From: Camelus dromedarius
Taxonomy: Eukaryota
Direction of reading: 5' to 3'
Length of the DNA stretch: 64,000 bases
NCBI RefSeq assembly: GCF_036321535.1
Contig: NC_087437.1
Span: forward strand, 7,812,001 to 7,876,000
Made by a program: the position numbers and the translations under genes. The notes beneath the pieces were generated by a model. The model had not been told where the DNA came from and searched no databases. It was given only the letters and a program-made list of their open reading frames with translations. Below, piece by piece: positions 39,323-53,472 of the stretch; position 1 is the first letter of the stretch; each line of letters opens with the position of its first letter.

Positions 39323-40729
39323 CAGAAAGTTTACTTTGGGACCTGGGACCTATGTGAAATTTTGAGAAAATGAATAAAGTCCTGAAGACAGACATCTATA
39401 TAGTTCATAAAAGGAGTCTAAAATGAAATGTTACGTGAATGAAGAGTTATATATCTTAGAAGTAACAAAGCCAGTAGAATTTGAAAGAATATTGAAAAAA
39501 CAGATAAATTGCAAAACAGCTATTTTTCACTTTTCATAAGTTCAGGACAAGAGGTTTCAAAAGCCATAGAAGGAATTTAAGCTGAATGATAGGGAACTCT
39601 TGCAATAGAGGTAACTTAATTCCTCCAGGTGGTTTGATATAGTAAATGGTGTTATATAGTAGGCTGTGTTAAGATGAAAAAAAGATCTGCCTTCAAATCT
39701 AGGCTAACACATATATTTTCTGTAGAAATAAATGAATTATTATTACAACACTAAGACCCCCAGAAATTAGAGAAAATCAATACTGTTAACCATCAGACCA
39801 TTCTGAACTGTTATTCACCTCACTTTTGTTGCCCAGGGCATGAGGCCACAAACTTTTTGGATGAAATGAACTTACATGTGGAAAACTCCAGAGTCTAGTA
39901 AAGCAGCTTATCTATGTTCATGAAATACTTCATTAGAATATAATGATCTGTTGCCCTTAGTGGTAAACTGTGAGGTATAAAGTCTATAATATATATGATG
40001 GTCAAGCATTTCTCATATTACTTAATCTGCATTAGCCTCGGTGGTATCTGTATATAAATTACATTTCTTTTGGGGTGTGGACCCCATGTCTTTAATATGC
40101 AAAGGTGAATCTTGCCCCTATTTCAGATGCAGATGTCATTGGAAAAGGGATCTGATTCCCTTGCACTATGGAGTTGTGTCCACTTGGACCTCTTGGCACA
40201 AGACACTTCCTCCTGTAATTAAGCTGTACTGCATCCATGAGGCTTGACTCCTCGCTTCTTAAAAACAAGCCTGAATGGCTCTTTCAAGTGAAGTCTGGGA
40301 TTTGCCAACATCTCTTGCTTCCTATTTGACTGCATTACAATGTATTTCAAAATTATACTGAAAAGAGAGTTATTTCCAAAGGAAAGACCTGGTTTAAACT
40401 TAGTCCCCATTTTAGTCTGAAATAAGATCGGGCTGCTTGGAAGCAATTTTCTTGACAATGACTTACGGAGTAGTAATCATTGTAAAAATCATATCTGACA
40501 GCCCAGATACTTAGCTTTTCAAGAGTAGCCTGTGTGTAGGTGTGCCTCAGCTAGCACGGCCGTGTGTAGTAAGAAGACATAATTAATTCTGCACCTTCCT
40601 GAGATAATCATTCTTAGAAAATTGCATATTGAAGGACTCACATGGCGTTTTACCGGGTCAGCTTTCCTTGCCCTCCCAAGCCTAACAAGAGTTCTGTTGG
40701 TTGTGTGTTTTAAAATACCCTCCCTATGT

Positions 40730-40885
40730 GCACCTCTTGGGGAGTGATGGAAATGTTAGCGATCCTGATTGTGGTGGTGGTGTCATAGGTGCATACATCT
40801 ATCAGAATTCATCAAATTTACATCTGAAATATGTGTAGTTTGCTGTACAGGAATTATACCACAATAAAGATGTTTTTAAAAAAAA
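40730..40885 (+). mobile_element. Short L1M 3'-end fragment
   Basis: 'gtgatggaaatgtt...tgattgtggtggtgg...aattataccacaataaag'. Confidence 0.65.
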
Positions 40886-43800
40886 CCTCCTAAAATGAAA
40901 AATAAAAAAAAACAAAAAAAACACAACACTATCCCTTAGGGAGCAAAACTCCTTCCTTGAAATATCTTGCGGTAGCCATCTTACCTGCCATACACTTTCA
41001 TAGTGCTTGAAACAGTGGCAGATACGCGAGGACAAGCTCAGTAAGTAAGGGCCTGGAAATTTTCCTTGCATCCAGTGTACATTTTATGTTCTGGAATACC
41101 CCTACAGGTGTTTTCCAGTAGATCCAGAAGTTGTGGCAAACACAGTACCTTGAAGGAAGAGATCGTGCTTTGGTTAGTGTCCTCAGAGCCCAGTGTTGTA
41201 TTCACGCTCAGGACGTTGAGTAAATGAAGGTTGCTGTTGAATTTCTTGCACGTCTTTACCCATCCTACGTGCTCTGACTACAGCACAGTGACCCTCAGTG
41301 CCCTCGTCTCTTCTTAGTGGTCACTGTGCTTACTGCTTTAGCCCCTCACTATTGTCAGTCTCATCCCATTCCCCCACGCCTTGAAGAAGATCTTAGGGAT
41401 GACTGGACTCCACTGGTCTCTAAGTTTACACTCCCCTCTATCCCTGAAGTTTTGTTTCTCCTACTTGGTCCCCAACCTCAGAGAGATGAAGGCTTTATAC
41501 TTCCAAGAGCTGTAAAACCAAAGAAAGAGGTTGCCCTCACTCCTTCTCAAACTACAAGCTGATTCTTTTTAAAAATTTTATTTTTGGACAGAGTTACTGT
41601 GGGGCATTGGCAAGAGGGCCAGCCTAAGAAGACTGCTAAATTTGGGGCCAAGTCTGAATGAGGACATCTACTGTAGGCAATTGAAATTCACCTCAAATAG
41701 AGCGTTAAAGGCAGAAGAGATTTATTGTAAGGATAACAGGTATCTTACAGGGTCAAATAAAATACACACACACATCATATACACCCTCACGTGCACACCT
41801 GGATCTCAGAAACTTTAATAATCTGGCTCCCAAACTCCATTTCTTATTCTATTTTCTCTCCATTTCTTCCTTTTCCTTTTCTCTCTGTTCTTCTCTGTCC
41901 TTCGGTAAACTCGTCATCTTTCTTTCCTTGTCCTAATGGCAGGAAATGGTAACAGATGGCGGCTCCTCAATTCAATGGGGCAGCAGATTAATCTCGTCTC
42001 TTGGTTGATTCTAGAATCCTGTGGAAAGACTGAGTGGTTCCCCTAAGTCAAGTGCCCTCCCAGGTTTTAGCAGTGTGTGCGTGTGTTTGTGTATGTGTGT
42101 GTGTGTGGTGGGGGAAGGGGAGGGGATCGAGGAGGATGGGAGATCACACTATAGTAGAAACTGCAGTGGTTTCCATGGGAATCCAGTTGGCTGAAGAGTT
42201 GCCATAAGAGACAGAGTCCAGAAAAGGGGAGGGGTGGTCAGTGGTGATCGCACAAATGAAGCAAAGCTAGTGGCTGCATGCGAGCCACGGGTAGTCCCCT
42301 CGTTAGAGGCTGTACAGTCCTAGTTCAGCAACATTTTCTTAGAAACCAGATTCCACCTCAGCATATGTTAGAAGCACATAAAATGAAGAACACACAAAAA
42401 AGCTACAAACATCTGTGAATGGGCTCCTGTTTCATCTCCTCTGGATTCGCTCCTGTGTAGCCTTTTGTCAATCAAATAGATGAGGCATCCCCTGCAAAGA
42501 GATCAGCCCTGTTTCGATGACATCTGGGGATTTCAGCTCCTGTTTGCAAGTTGAACAGTGAGCAGTTAGATTTTTAAGTTCCGTGGGGGTTCACTGGGTT
42601 GGGAAGTCAGAGGATGAAAAGGCCACCTGCCATCCCATAAACAAGACAAAAAAGGCCTCTCTCTCCCTACCTCTCTCGTCACTTCCATCTGGCAGGGAAC
42701 AGCAGATGTTCAGCCTGAAATAAAAGGTGTCACATTTGCATGTGTGCACACACAGACACCAGCAGGCAGGGCTCAACTTACGTGCGTTCCCTGAGAATGA
42801 AAAACTGCCAACGCTCCATCCACCAGTAGTTCTTAACCCAGCCCTACTTGGAGAGACCCCGTCCTCCGTTCCCCACTGCATTCTCGACACCTGTTGAAGA
42901 GGGCGGGGTCTGTACTTATGGGCTATAGATCAGGGCAAGAGCCCTGCCCTCCCGACAAAGGCTCCGTGATGATGTTGGTGCTGCTGGTGGTATAGTCGCT
43001 CCTGTGAACCAAAGTGTACCCTAAGCACTTTACAGACATGAACTTTTTTATTCTCATAGCACTCATGGAGATTGGTTGTTAAGTTCATGTACTAGATAAG
43101 AAGACTTGTGAAGGATAAGAGAAGGAAAAACCTGGTCCAGCGTCCCTCAGCAAGGAAGCAAGGGAAATCAGGACCTACAATTGCAGTCCCAAACCACCTG
43201 ACTCTAAAACCCAACTGAAACTTAGTGGAAGTTTATCCATTGAAACAAAGAGAAATTCCAGCTCTGTCCCTCCATCGTTCGAGCGCTTTGGGCCGCCTAT
43301 ATTGTAGGCTAATGGAGCATTCTTGGGAATTAGGTTTCCGTAGGAAAACAAGCTTCACCTGCCAAGTGGATAAGTCAGAAATGGACCACAGATAGCAGCC
43401 CACTTTTGATTCATTCACTTCATTTGGCATGTTTCCCCTCAGTGGGAAAGCTTTTGAGAAATTAATCATAAGAATTCAACCACATTGTACGTGCTTTTCA
43501 GCCCACGATACACATCATTGTTCTTTGTTCTTCCCTTGCTCCACATTCAAGGGTAAACCTGTAAAATCTCCACTCGATTGTCACTTTCGATGTGCAAAAT
43601 AGGATTTCAGTTTCTTTCCAGACTCAGTTTCATCCTTGTAAGAAGTTGGAAGCCTTCTTATTAAAATAAATAAATAAAAATCTCTTGAAGTATGACTATA
43701 ACACATTTGCCAACAAATAAAGCATTCTCAGTACTTCCTGTATGTATGTGCAGCTCTGCACGGGGATTGAGAGTAAAAGTGAATGAAGCAATATTTCAAA

Positions 43801-45049
43801 TTTAGTTTTGTTCACGTTTCTCAGTCAGTCTGCAAATGCTTTTCCTGTGGATATGTTAGGACTTTTAAAAACATAATTTTACTCTGTTTTTTGTTGTTAT
43901 TGTTGTTGTCCAAGAATCTGATCTCCTGGGACTTGTTAAAATAACCCTGAATGTCTTACTGCAGAAAATATTTCACTCTGGGCTACACTAGTCTGATCAT
44001 GTTTCACGGGTCATCCCTGGGCGTGCGTGACATTCCCTCGAACTAATCCCGCTAATTCTTCCCCCCGATCCCAAACCCAGACTCCACTGTTACAGTATGG
44101 AGCCAGTGGGTGGTGGTATGATTAAAGCTGTGGTAAATGAGCTAAGTTAATGGAAATTAAATTAAAATCTAAAATGAATTACAAAATCCCAAGGTAAACA
44201 TCTTTTTAGTGCTTTTCCCATGAAGTTCCCCAAAAGGATGTAGACCTCAGAGAGGAAGGCATATGGTGGGGACAGTCTGCTGACAGGGCAGCGCAGACCT
44301 TGCTCAGCAGGCAGAGCTGGGAGCCTCCGGTTTCATCAGATTCAGGGCATCCAAAAGCTCACCGCTTAAACCCAGCAATCTGCAATGCCGAAACAGCGGC
44401 GGCTTTAACTAGTGGAAACAGTAGCCAAGTGGTCAGAAACATGAAGCAAAGACGACGCCAAGTTGGGGGGGTGGGGATTGAAGTACCTCGAAATGATGAA
44501 TTGGAAGGCTAGCGTGCCGTCATAATGACAACTGGGTAAGGGTGGAGGGACCTGGGGAGATGCATTTCTGCCAAATGAACTGGGATTTAAAGGATTTGGT
44601 TTCCGTGTCATTGAGGAAAAATGATTAAGGAAAATTCTGAGATGAACATCTGCAAGATGCTAAGCTTTTAGTGATGTGGTAATCTCACTTACATTTTCCA
44701 CCCTGAAGATTAAGCAGAACATATGGTGACCGATCTGTGTCACTGCATTTTGCCAGCGTTCATAAATCATCCCAAGTCTGACTAGCGTTCACGAAGCATA
44801 TTTATATTTCTAGATTATACAGTTTACATTTTTCCTCTGAGGATCTTAGCCACCCTTTTTTCTTGTTGGTACAAAATGTTAGTAGCATCATTTATAGGGA
44901 AAAAAAAATCCAAAATCTCAAAACGGGCTTCTGTCGAAAAGAACAGTGAATGGTGGGTATTAGAGTCAGTACATGTCCAAGCTGTGTGGCTTGCAACAAG
45001 TTACTTTCCTTCAGTGGGACCCCAGTTCCTCGTCTCTGGGCCAAGAAAC

Positions 45050-45480
45050 TGTATCAGTTGGATCAGGCTAAATGCTGTAACAAATAGCCCCAAGTCGCAG
45101 TGACCTGATACAGTACCTAGAATAAGATTCGTTCATACCACAATGTACAGATCATGGCTTTTCCCAGGGCAACTCAGGGATCCAGGCCACCTCTGCTCAG
45201 TGGCTCCATCATCTTCCAGGCCTCAGCATCCTCTGGAACTCAGAGTCCTCCCCTGGAGACTTGGTACCTCGCCAACCAACCAGCGGAGACAGAGAATGTG
45301 GAGGCCTTCCTTGCGCCACTGCAGGGCCAGACCTAGAAACAGCCCAGATCTCTGCTCACATGCCACTGGCCGCAGCCTGTCAGGTGGGTCAGCCTGGTTG
45401 CAAGCGGTCTGGGACATTCCATGAAGCCGTGTTTCTCAGAGGACGCAACTGGTGAACAACCAACCTATCTGGGCCACAGG
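45050..45480. mobile_element. MaLR (MLT1-like) solo LTR
   Basis: Starts 'tgtatcagttggatcaggctaaatgctgtaacaaatagccccaa' and ends 'tctgggccaca', a typical MLT1 layout. Confidence 0.65.
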
Positions 45481-47218
45481 CCCTCCTAGACTCATTTTTC
45501 CATTATTTTTTATTCCAGATTAAGAAAACTTTTAAACACTGAGAAAGGTGTGCAACCGAATGAAAGTGTTTTTGCTTTTGCTCCACTTGTGATTTTACTA
45601 TGGTGTTTTTATGTTGCCTTTAAATGAGAATGTGTTCTTCCGGAGAGACAGAATTGACACGCGTGACATCATTTAGTAATTTGAGGAAAATGTGAGGCGT
45701 GGAAAGCGAACGCAGCCTGCTGGCTACGTGAGTGTGCTGTCACTGTAAGAAAGCCTGGCCTGTGAGAATATGACTACCAAACTCATCGATAAATCGGAGG
45801 CTATTCGTACCTTGAAATATTTTCCCAATTCTTCTAAATAATTAACCAGAGTCACTTTTATGGTACCTTCCCAGGTAAGAGTAAATGTTTGTTTAGAAAT
45901 TCTGAGTGAATTAGCAGAAAGGGAAGAGTGAGAGGAGGAGGAAAGCTTAAAGACAATGACTCAGAGTTATTGCCAAGTAGAAATCACACCTCCTGAAATC
46001 CTAATGGAAATGAATGGGAAAAATATGCCTTTCTCTGTGAGACGCCAAATGGCTCATTTTGGAAGCACGTTTATTACCTAAAAGGTAGTGTGCCCCTGCA
46101 GTCCAACTGAGGCCAAAACTGTTCCTTCAAAGGCCCCAACAGTCCCGATTTCCTGCAACCCCGCAAGAAACGACCTGACAAGCAGAGTTGACCTGGGAGA
46201 TGAGACACGTGAAAGGCACAGATTCATACGAAGGTTACGAAAGCCTCGTCCTCCCCATGGACTCCCTTGTGCATATTTTGCGATCATGGAACAAACTGCT
46301 TTGAAACGTGGAGAGAAAAGTTTGTTCTAAAGGGCATTACATGTATACATTTCATGCGTGTAACTAAAAGAATGATGTCTTTGTATGAATCTATATAAAT
46401 AACGGAGTCAGAGAGTTTTGTCAATTCAGAAAGAACCCCGCTATCAGTTCCGCCCATCCTAAATGGGTATTTACCCACCGCTCACATTTTTAGGAAGAGG
46501 AGTTCCTCCACGGATAGCACTGACTTCCCCCCGAAATGGAAATGGCCACTTAATGACTAGCTTTGCGTATGATAGCTCTCAACAGCTTGTCCACGTAGGA
46601 GAATTTCAGGAAAGGGGTTACAGCCTGGCCTCTCCTCACAGATTTCCTCCCCTAAATTCCTCCCTGTTCCTTTTCCAAGGTTGAGGAGAAGTCTATCCTC
46701 AATGGAAGCCCAGGCTCAAGTCACACATTTACATAAGAAAAGCAACAGAAAGTGCCCATGACTGTGCCAGTAACTGGGAATGACTCCCATCGCAGGAAGC
46801 TGCTTCGGGCCAGAACGCCACTAGGAAAGAAGCCCAGAGTAAGAAACGTGATACACATCAGGCACATTTTCTCTGCGACAGTTTTTGATCTGGGAACTTC
46901 CTAGAGCACCACTGGGAGGTGAGAAATGCCAAACCAGACACATTTCTTCCTACATTTCAGTGGCTTGCAAGCCCACCATGAATGCTCACAAAGACGTGTT
47001 TTTCGTCACTGTGTGAGTAGTCAATAGTGCTTCCTCCTTCTGGGGTTCCACACCTCACCTTTGAGTTCAAACCTTAACTTAAAGGAGCTCACCCTTATAT
47101 CCGGTAACTGTGAGAGTTTCTTCCTCACCTAGAAATTGCCCGGTATTTGGTAAAAATGTGACTGCTGTGATGAACAACCTTCTTGCTTAGGTTTCAAAGA
47201 TTTCTGTAATTTAAAAAT

Positions 47219-47995
47219 GCTGGAGAGGCTGTGGAGAAAAGGGAACCTTCCTACACTGTTGGTGGGAATGCACTTTGGTGCAACCACTATGGAGGACAGT
47301 ATGGAGATTCCTCAAAAGACTAAAAATAGACTTACCATATGAGCCAGCAATCCCATTCCTGGGCATACATCCAGAGGGAACTTTCATTCAAAAAGACACA
47401 TGCACCCCAGTGTTCACAGCAGCACTAGTTACAATAGCCAAGTCATGGAAACAACTTAAATGTCCATCAGTAGATGACTGGATAAAGAAGTTGCGGTATA
47501 TTTATACAATGGAATACTACTCAGCCATAAAAAAGAATAATATGATGCCAACTGCAGCAACATGGATGGTCCTAGAGATTATCATAATAAGTGAAGTAAG
47601 CCAGAAAGAGAAAGAAAAATACCATATGATATCATTTATATGTAGAATCTAAAGAAAAAAAAAAGACAAATGAACTTATTTACGAAACAGAAACAGACTC
47701 ATAAACATAGAAAACAAACTTATGGTTGCCAGGGGGAAAGGAGGTGGGAAGGGATAAATTGGGAGTTCGAGACTGCAGATACTAGCTAACATACACAAAA
47801 TAGATAAACAATAAGTTCATAATAAACAATAAGTTCATACTGTACAGCACAGGGAACTATAATCAATATCTTGTAGTAACTTAAGGTGAAGAAGAATATG
47901 AGAATAAACGTATGTATTTTACTATGTGACTGAAGTATTGTGCTGTACACTGGAAGCTGACACAACATTGTAAACTGACTACTTCAATAAAAATA
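47219..47995 (+). mobile_element. Young 5'-truncated LINE-1 (ORF2 C-terminus plus 3'UTR), sense strand
   Basis: ORF 47275..47652 ([21 protein letters not shown]...YYSAIKKN...KYHMISFICRI) is the L1 ORF2 end; 3'UTR ends 'acttcaataaaaa'. Confidence 0.93.
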
Positions 47996-49140
47996 TATTT
48001 TAAATGTTTTTTTAAATCTTCAAAAAATGTATGCAAAAAAGATGAATGCGTTTGGTTACGTAGCAGCTGCCTGGAACCCCACTATTGGGGTCCTATATAG
48101 ACCTCTTCTTATTTTCTGTAACTGAGTGAGCCTAACTCCATGGTTCACATACACAAAGTAGCTCATGTCTGTTTGCTGGTTCAGACTCTGTCTTGCGTAG
48201 ATCGGGCTGGTCAGCTTTTTCTCTTACAGCATAGAATTGACAACGGGCTTCCTAGGCAGCAAATTAGGCATTTTGCGTTAACTTTAAAAGTGCCGTCGGG
48301 AGTTGTGATGCGAGAAGTTCTCACAACAAATCGAACATATTTGTTCACCGACCTGGTTTGAAACACAAAGAGTGGTCAGCTCGTAGCCTGGAAATCTTAT
48401 GAAACCAGCTTGTGTTTCCTCACAATTACAACACAGGTGGTTTTACAGGCTAACCAGGAGCCATCGCGCCCTAATTAGAAGCTGGTCATTGCGGGGGCCT
48501 GAGATCTCAGCTCCACATAATGAGGTTAAACTGTGTAAGTTTTTTTTAGCACTAATTACCCTGTTGAACTCCCAAATCATTGATTTGGTACATAGCTCCT
48601 TATGCCTAAAATCTTTAAAGGTGTGTGTCATTGCTGAGAGATTCCTAGTTAGTTTTCATCACACCAGAGTGTGTGTACTTGCTTCCTTTTTCTTTCTAGG
48701 ATAATATGAACTACATATTAGTAAGTAACTCTCTCCCTCAAAATCATCCAGCGTTTCCAAGTTTTTAAATAAGTATTGAGCAATTCCTTTGGGTTTTCTT
48801 TTAATTCCAAAGCCTTGTTATTTATATATGTGAACTCAAAGATAGAAAGTTAAAAGCGTGCTTAAGTTAATTTGAATATATTTCAATGTCTTGTTGGCTG
48901 TGTTCCTACCTATGGATAGTTTGCATGTGCCTCATTTTGTTTAAGCAAAGCAGATAAAGGGGTTGAGAGGGGAAAGAATGGAATTCCAAGCTGTTACTTT
49001 ATATGAAGTATTCTACCTAGTGCTGTGCAAAGAAATGTGTTTTTGTGGCATAGGATGACAGCCCTTCTGCTAGGAGAGCAATTTGGGGGAAACTTGTGTT
49101 TGAGAAGCTTAATAGCCTCCTTATTAAGAAGTCCTATATG

Positions 49141-49262
49141 GGAGGAGGGTAGAGTTCAGTGGTAGAGTGCATGCTTAGCATGCATGAGGTCCTGGGTTCA
49201 ATCCCCAGTACCTCCATTAAAAAATAAACAAATAAACCTAATTACCTCCCCCTCAAAAAAAT
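49141..49262 (+). mobile_element. Vic-1-like SINE
   Basis: ggaggagggtagagttcagtggtagagtgcatgcttagcatgcatgaggtcctgggttcaatccccagtacctcca followed by an A-rich tail and cctaattacctccccc. Confidence 0.88.
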
Positions 49263-49761
49263 TTAAGAAAAAAAGTTTCTTTAAAAAAAATCATTTTTTT
49301 AATTGGCTGTTGTACATTTCTCCTGATGGGACACCACATCAGATGTGGCCAACTGGGTCTCCAGGATTTGTTCAGTTTACGCATCTATATCTCATTTAGT
49401 CCTCAAAACGACTTTCGTTATTATCATCACTTTAGAGAGGAAGAATGGGACATAAAATTTTTTGTGTGAAGCCATTGAAATTCACTGCATTGTTTGTGGT
49501 CTCAGTATTACCCATCCTGTTACAATTAATCATATCCTTCCCAAGGTTACAGAGCTAATAAGTGATAAGCCTGGGACAAGTCCAGCTCTTACCCACAGTG
49601 CTCTGCTGCCTCCTCAGTGGGTCCCCTTCCCCACACACAGACCTTTTGTCGTAACACACATCAGTGAAGAGGTTCTGTGGTCCTTTCTGCACTGTAGGCT
49701 CAGGAGCTGGTTCTCTCACACTAGCAGTCAAGAGGCACTGAATTCAAGACTCAGTTACTTG

Positions 49762-49853
49762 TAGGGAGGGTAGAGCTCGGTGGTAGAGCACATGCTTAGC
49801 ATGCTCGAGGTCCTGATTTCCACCTCCCAGTGCCTCCATTAAAAAAAATTTAA
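49762..49853 (+). mobile_element. Vic-1-like SINE, short form (tRNA head plus poly-A)
   Basis: tRNA-Ala-like head. TSD aagactc(ag/ga)ttacttg at 49746-49761 and 49854-49869. Confidence 0.82.
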
Positions 49854-50919
49854 AAGACTCGATTACTTGGCTTGTCCTGCCCACACCAGAAGCAATAGCA
49901 ATTGCCTTGGGGAAGAGAATTCTCCTCTAAGTCTTAATATTTTGTCTTGACCTCCAGACTCAGGATAAAATTGGGATGTTTCAAAATCATCAGTCTTTTC
50001 ATTAAAATCTCACATCTGTTTCTAAGTTACTCAACAAGCCAAGGAAATAGAATGGAAACGATTACCCACTTAGGGTTTCAGACCAGCCTCTTCTTTTCAA
50101 TGGTGGTGACCTTTCTGACTTGTTTAGTTGAAGATGGACGCTCCCCTATTCAAAGCCTATCCTTTCTCCAAAGGTTCCCCATCCCCCTTCCCACCTGCTG
50201 CTCCTCTGATCCACTACTGGTTGGGGATTTGACAGTTGTTCATGGTTTTGTAACAGTGGACACGTTAACCAGGGGAATGACCGGGTTATTTGTGAGTACC
50301 TGTCATTCAGATTCTCTTTATCCCAAACAACCACCCGTGCTGATAGTGTTGCTGTCCAGTGAATAAGAGGAAATAGATGATAATCCCTTTTTTTGAACAG
50401 AGACACATGTTCCTTCCATCTGCACTGTGACTTAATCAATGCGGCATTATTAACAAGGCAGAGAATATCATGAATCAGAGAGAGGAGCCTTGTAAATCTC
50501 ATCTCATTTCCCAGTTGAGCAGTCAGCTGCAGACCGCATCCCCACCGGGGTACTTTCATGTTTTAGGAGATTCCATTTGACAGGACATTTGCAGACCCAC
50601 ACAGGGTCTAATTAATCTGAACTGCAGACCAAGTAAAGGAAATAGATTTCCTACCTTCCTTGGGCCTCTGCCCCCCTGGGTTACAGCTAGGAGTCCTGAG
50701 TCTGTGTGGTGGGTTCCACTCACATTTGCTTCCTTCCTGCTTCATGAAGGTCGAGTTCTTAATGGTTTGGCCTCTTGAAAGGAGCTCGAGAGTGAAGAAA
50801 GGTTATTGGTGATGCTCACACTGCTGGAAACCCACGCAAGTTCCTTCTAGAAGTCGAGCATTAATCTTCCAGGAAAGGCCGGGTCCTAGACCTTACTGTC
50901 ATAGAACCATCTGTCAGGA

Positions 50920-51433
50920 TGTAACCAAGTCCAATCTCATACTGCTCACTGCACAACGGGCCAAAAAATCGAGAGACGAGGTATTGGGGCAAGCAGCAGT
51001 GACTTTATTCAGAAAGCCAGCAGACCGAGAAGATGCGCACTAGAGTCTCAAAGAAGCCTCTTGCCTGGTTTTGAATGCTAGTTTCTTTTATAGAACAAAG
51101 AGGAGGTGAGGAGGTAAAATTAAAAAAGGGATAAGTTGTTGCAAATATTTCCTGGCTCCAGCCAGACTCTGGAGGGGATGTGCTAATTTCTTCTTTCCTG
51201 CAGCCATTTGCAGGTGGGCCTGGTTGGGATGTTTCCTGTGAGCTAAACAAAGGTATTTTAGCTTAAGGCTCAGGCATGGGAGGCAGGGTTCCCGGAGATG
51301 GGCCATTATGTGTTCTTTATGCCTCAGGCAACATCCCTTCAGTGATTAACTTGTAGCAAAAGCAACAGAAAACAAAGGTTCAAGTAAAAGAAACAGATCC
51401 AATATGAAGTCAGATTTGTTCTTGCCTATTACA
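50920..51433 (-). mobile_element. ERV1-type solo LTR, antisense
   Basis: Termini tgtaa...ttaca are inverted; minus-strand AATAAA (tttatt at 51004); 4-bp flanks agga/agaa; 514 bp. Confidence 0.75.
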
Positions 51434-53307
51434 AGAATTCAAAGGGATTTTAAGGGGGGGGGGGGTGGATTGATGAAAGAAATCAAAGAGCCCCCCTTCC
51501 CACTAAAAGAATTTATGAAAATCCTAATAGCAGGAAAACTTACTGTTGAGAAACATAAGAACTTAAGGAAGAAACGAGTTGGATGGCCAAAATCAGGTAT
51601 AAGCCCGTGAAAGCTCCCGCAGAATTGTCTTCATTCAACAAAACAGACATTAAAGAATGCAATGGGCATTTTTCACCTCTACAATTACTATGAATTTTAG
51701 TATGTTTGATTTCCATTCGCAATTCAAGTTCCATAGTACAATTTGAAGCCTTCTTTGCACAGTTAAAAAGCTGTGAATTTGTTTCTCTTTTTTGTAGCAA
51801 ATTGTAGGAGGATAGAGAGAGCATTTCTCTTCGGGTCCTGGATGCCAGTGAGCAGTAGTTTTTCAGTTTACTCGTCTCCACTCCCTGTTCCTGCTGGACT
51901 CACAGAGTGATGGAGTCATTTAGGTGGTTAGGACGGGGAAAGAAGAAAGGCTATTGAGAAAGTTTTTAAACCAACGTGCTATAGCCTAGGACATCTCTTT
52001 CCCAGTCTTCGAGGTTAGGAAGCCTCGCCTCTGTTCATAACCTTGTGCCTGGCCGTGTCCCCAGCACTTCTGCCCACACAGGGCTTCCTCCATCCTTGAC
52101 AGGCTGATGGGGACCATCTTAAGGTGTGAATGGGCTGACCCTCAACCATCTTGATTTCTCTCAAGACTTTTATTGCAATGACCTCATTTCCTTCTCTTGT
52201 GTCTGACTTACTTCCCTTTATCTTCCCAACCTCTATTACTTCAGTCTTTTTAAAAATTACCCCCATTAGAAACCATCCACAGTTCGTCTTATTGTCTAAA
52301 AGGTGTAGAAACTCCATGTGGGAGGGACTCAAAATTGGACGGCCGCCTTCCTCAAAACAAACCTTTGAGTCTTCTAGTTGCTGGAACAAGAGAGTGGGAT
52401 CAGTAAACATTTTCCATCCAAAGGCTGTATCCATGTGTTTCATCCCCGTCCCCCCAGGGAAAGAATGCTGGAATTCATCAGATTTCCTGAAACATCTGTG
52501 ACTCAGAAAATGTTAATGAGGTGCTTGGGTAACTGAGTGTCCAGAGTTTTTTTGGGTCTGCTTTGGGACCACATCATACTTAATTAAATTCCACAGTATG
52601 TCAGGCATTTAGTCGTTCACCCTGAGAAACAGCATGAACTGTTGGAGAAGGTACCTGAGAAAACTCATGATCCTGCATGAGATACACTAAGAGTCAAGAG
52701 GGACAGCTTCTGGTAGGAGCCCTGCCGCTAACTTGCTGCATAAGTTGGGCAAGTCGCCTCATCTCCCTGGGCCACAGTGTCCCCATCTCTAGTGAGGGAG
52801 GTGGACTAACTCGGTGGTTTCAAACTTGACCTGGAGACCTGGGTCCCACCCACCACTGACTGAAAGGGACTTGCTGGAGTTGGTACTCTGCTGTCTGCTT
52901 TTTTAAGAAACGGTTCTCAAAGCATCCTGTTATCTGCCAGGTGTACAAACCATTGTAGCAGGGACACTCTAGGGTCACTTCTAGCTTTAAAATATTGGGT
53001 TTCCCTTAAACTAATATTCTCTGCACTCGGCAGAATCTGGAGTAGCATGAAGTATTAATGTCAACAGAATGAATATATCATAATACTCTTTTCAGTGCAT
53101 GTGGTTAACACTGTATGTTACTGAAATCATTTATTCAGAGGGCATATCACAGTAGTGCTGGCTGTGTGATGTACACTTACCTTACAGGATTTGCAATGAA
53201 AATTAATAATGACTGGGGAGCATTTGACCGGTTGCTGAGCACATAGTGAGTACTTAGTGAATTGATAGCTTATAGGATGCTAATAAGAGTGACATTGGTC
53301 ATAATAT

Positions 53308-53472
53308 CTCACTATTCAAAGTGTGCCCCCTTTAGGCCAGCAACAGCTATATTACCTGGGAGCTCATTGGAAATGCAGGGTCTCAGGCCCCACCCCAGTC
53401 CTCCTGAATCAGAACCTGCATTTTAACATCCCTAGGTGGTCTGTGTACACATAAAAGTTCGAGAAGCACTGA
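53308..53472. mobile_element. MER5A DNA transposon
   Basis: 'attcaaagtgtg...tggaaatgcagggtctcaggccccaccccag...tgaatcagaacctgcattttaaca...aaagttcgagaagcactg'. Confidence 0.8.

Noticed and set aside
47804..47839. Perfect 18-bp tandem duplication ataaacaataagttcata
   Set aside because: Real, but it lies inside an L1 3'UTR and looks like ordinary slippage with no evident consequence.
49947..52501. ORFs of 113-142 aa as a nested gene
   Set aside because: Overlapping on opposite strands, no recognisable homology and no consistent exon structure; lengths are compatible with chance.
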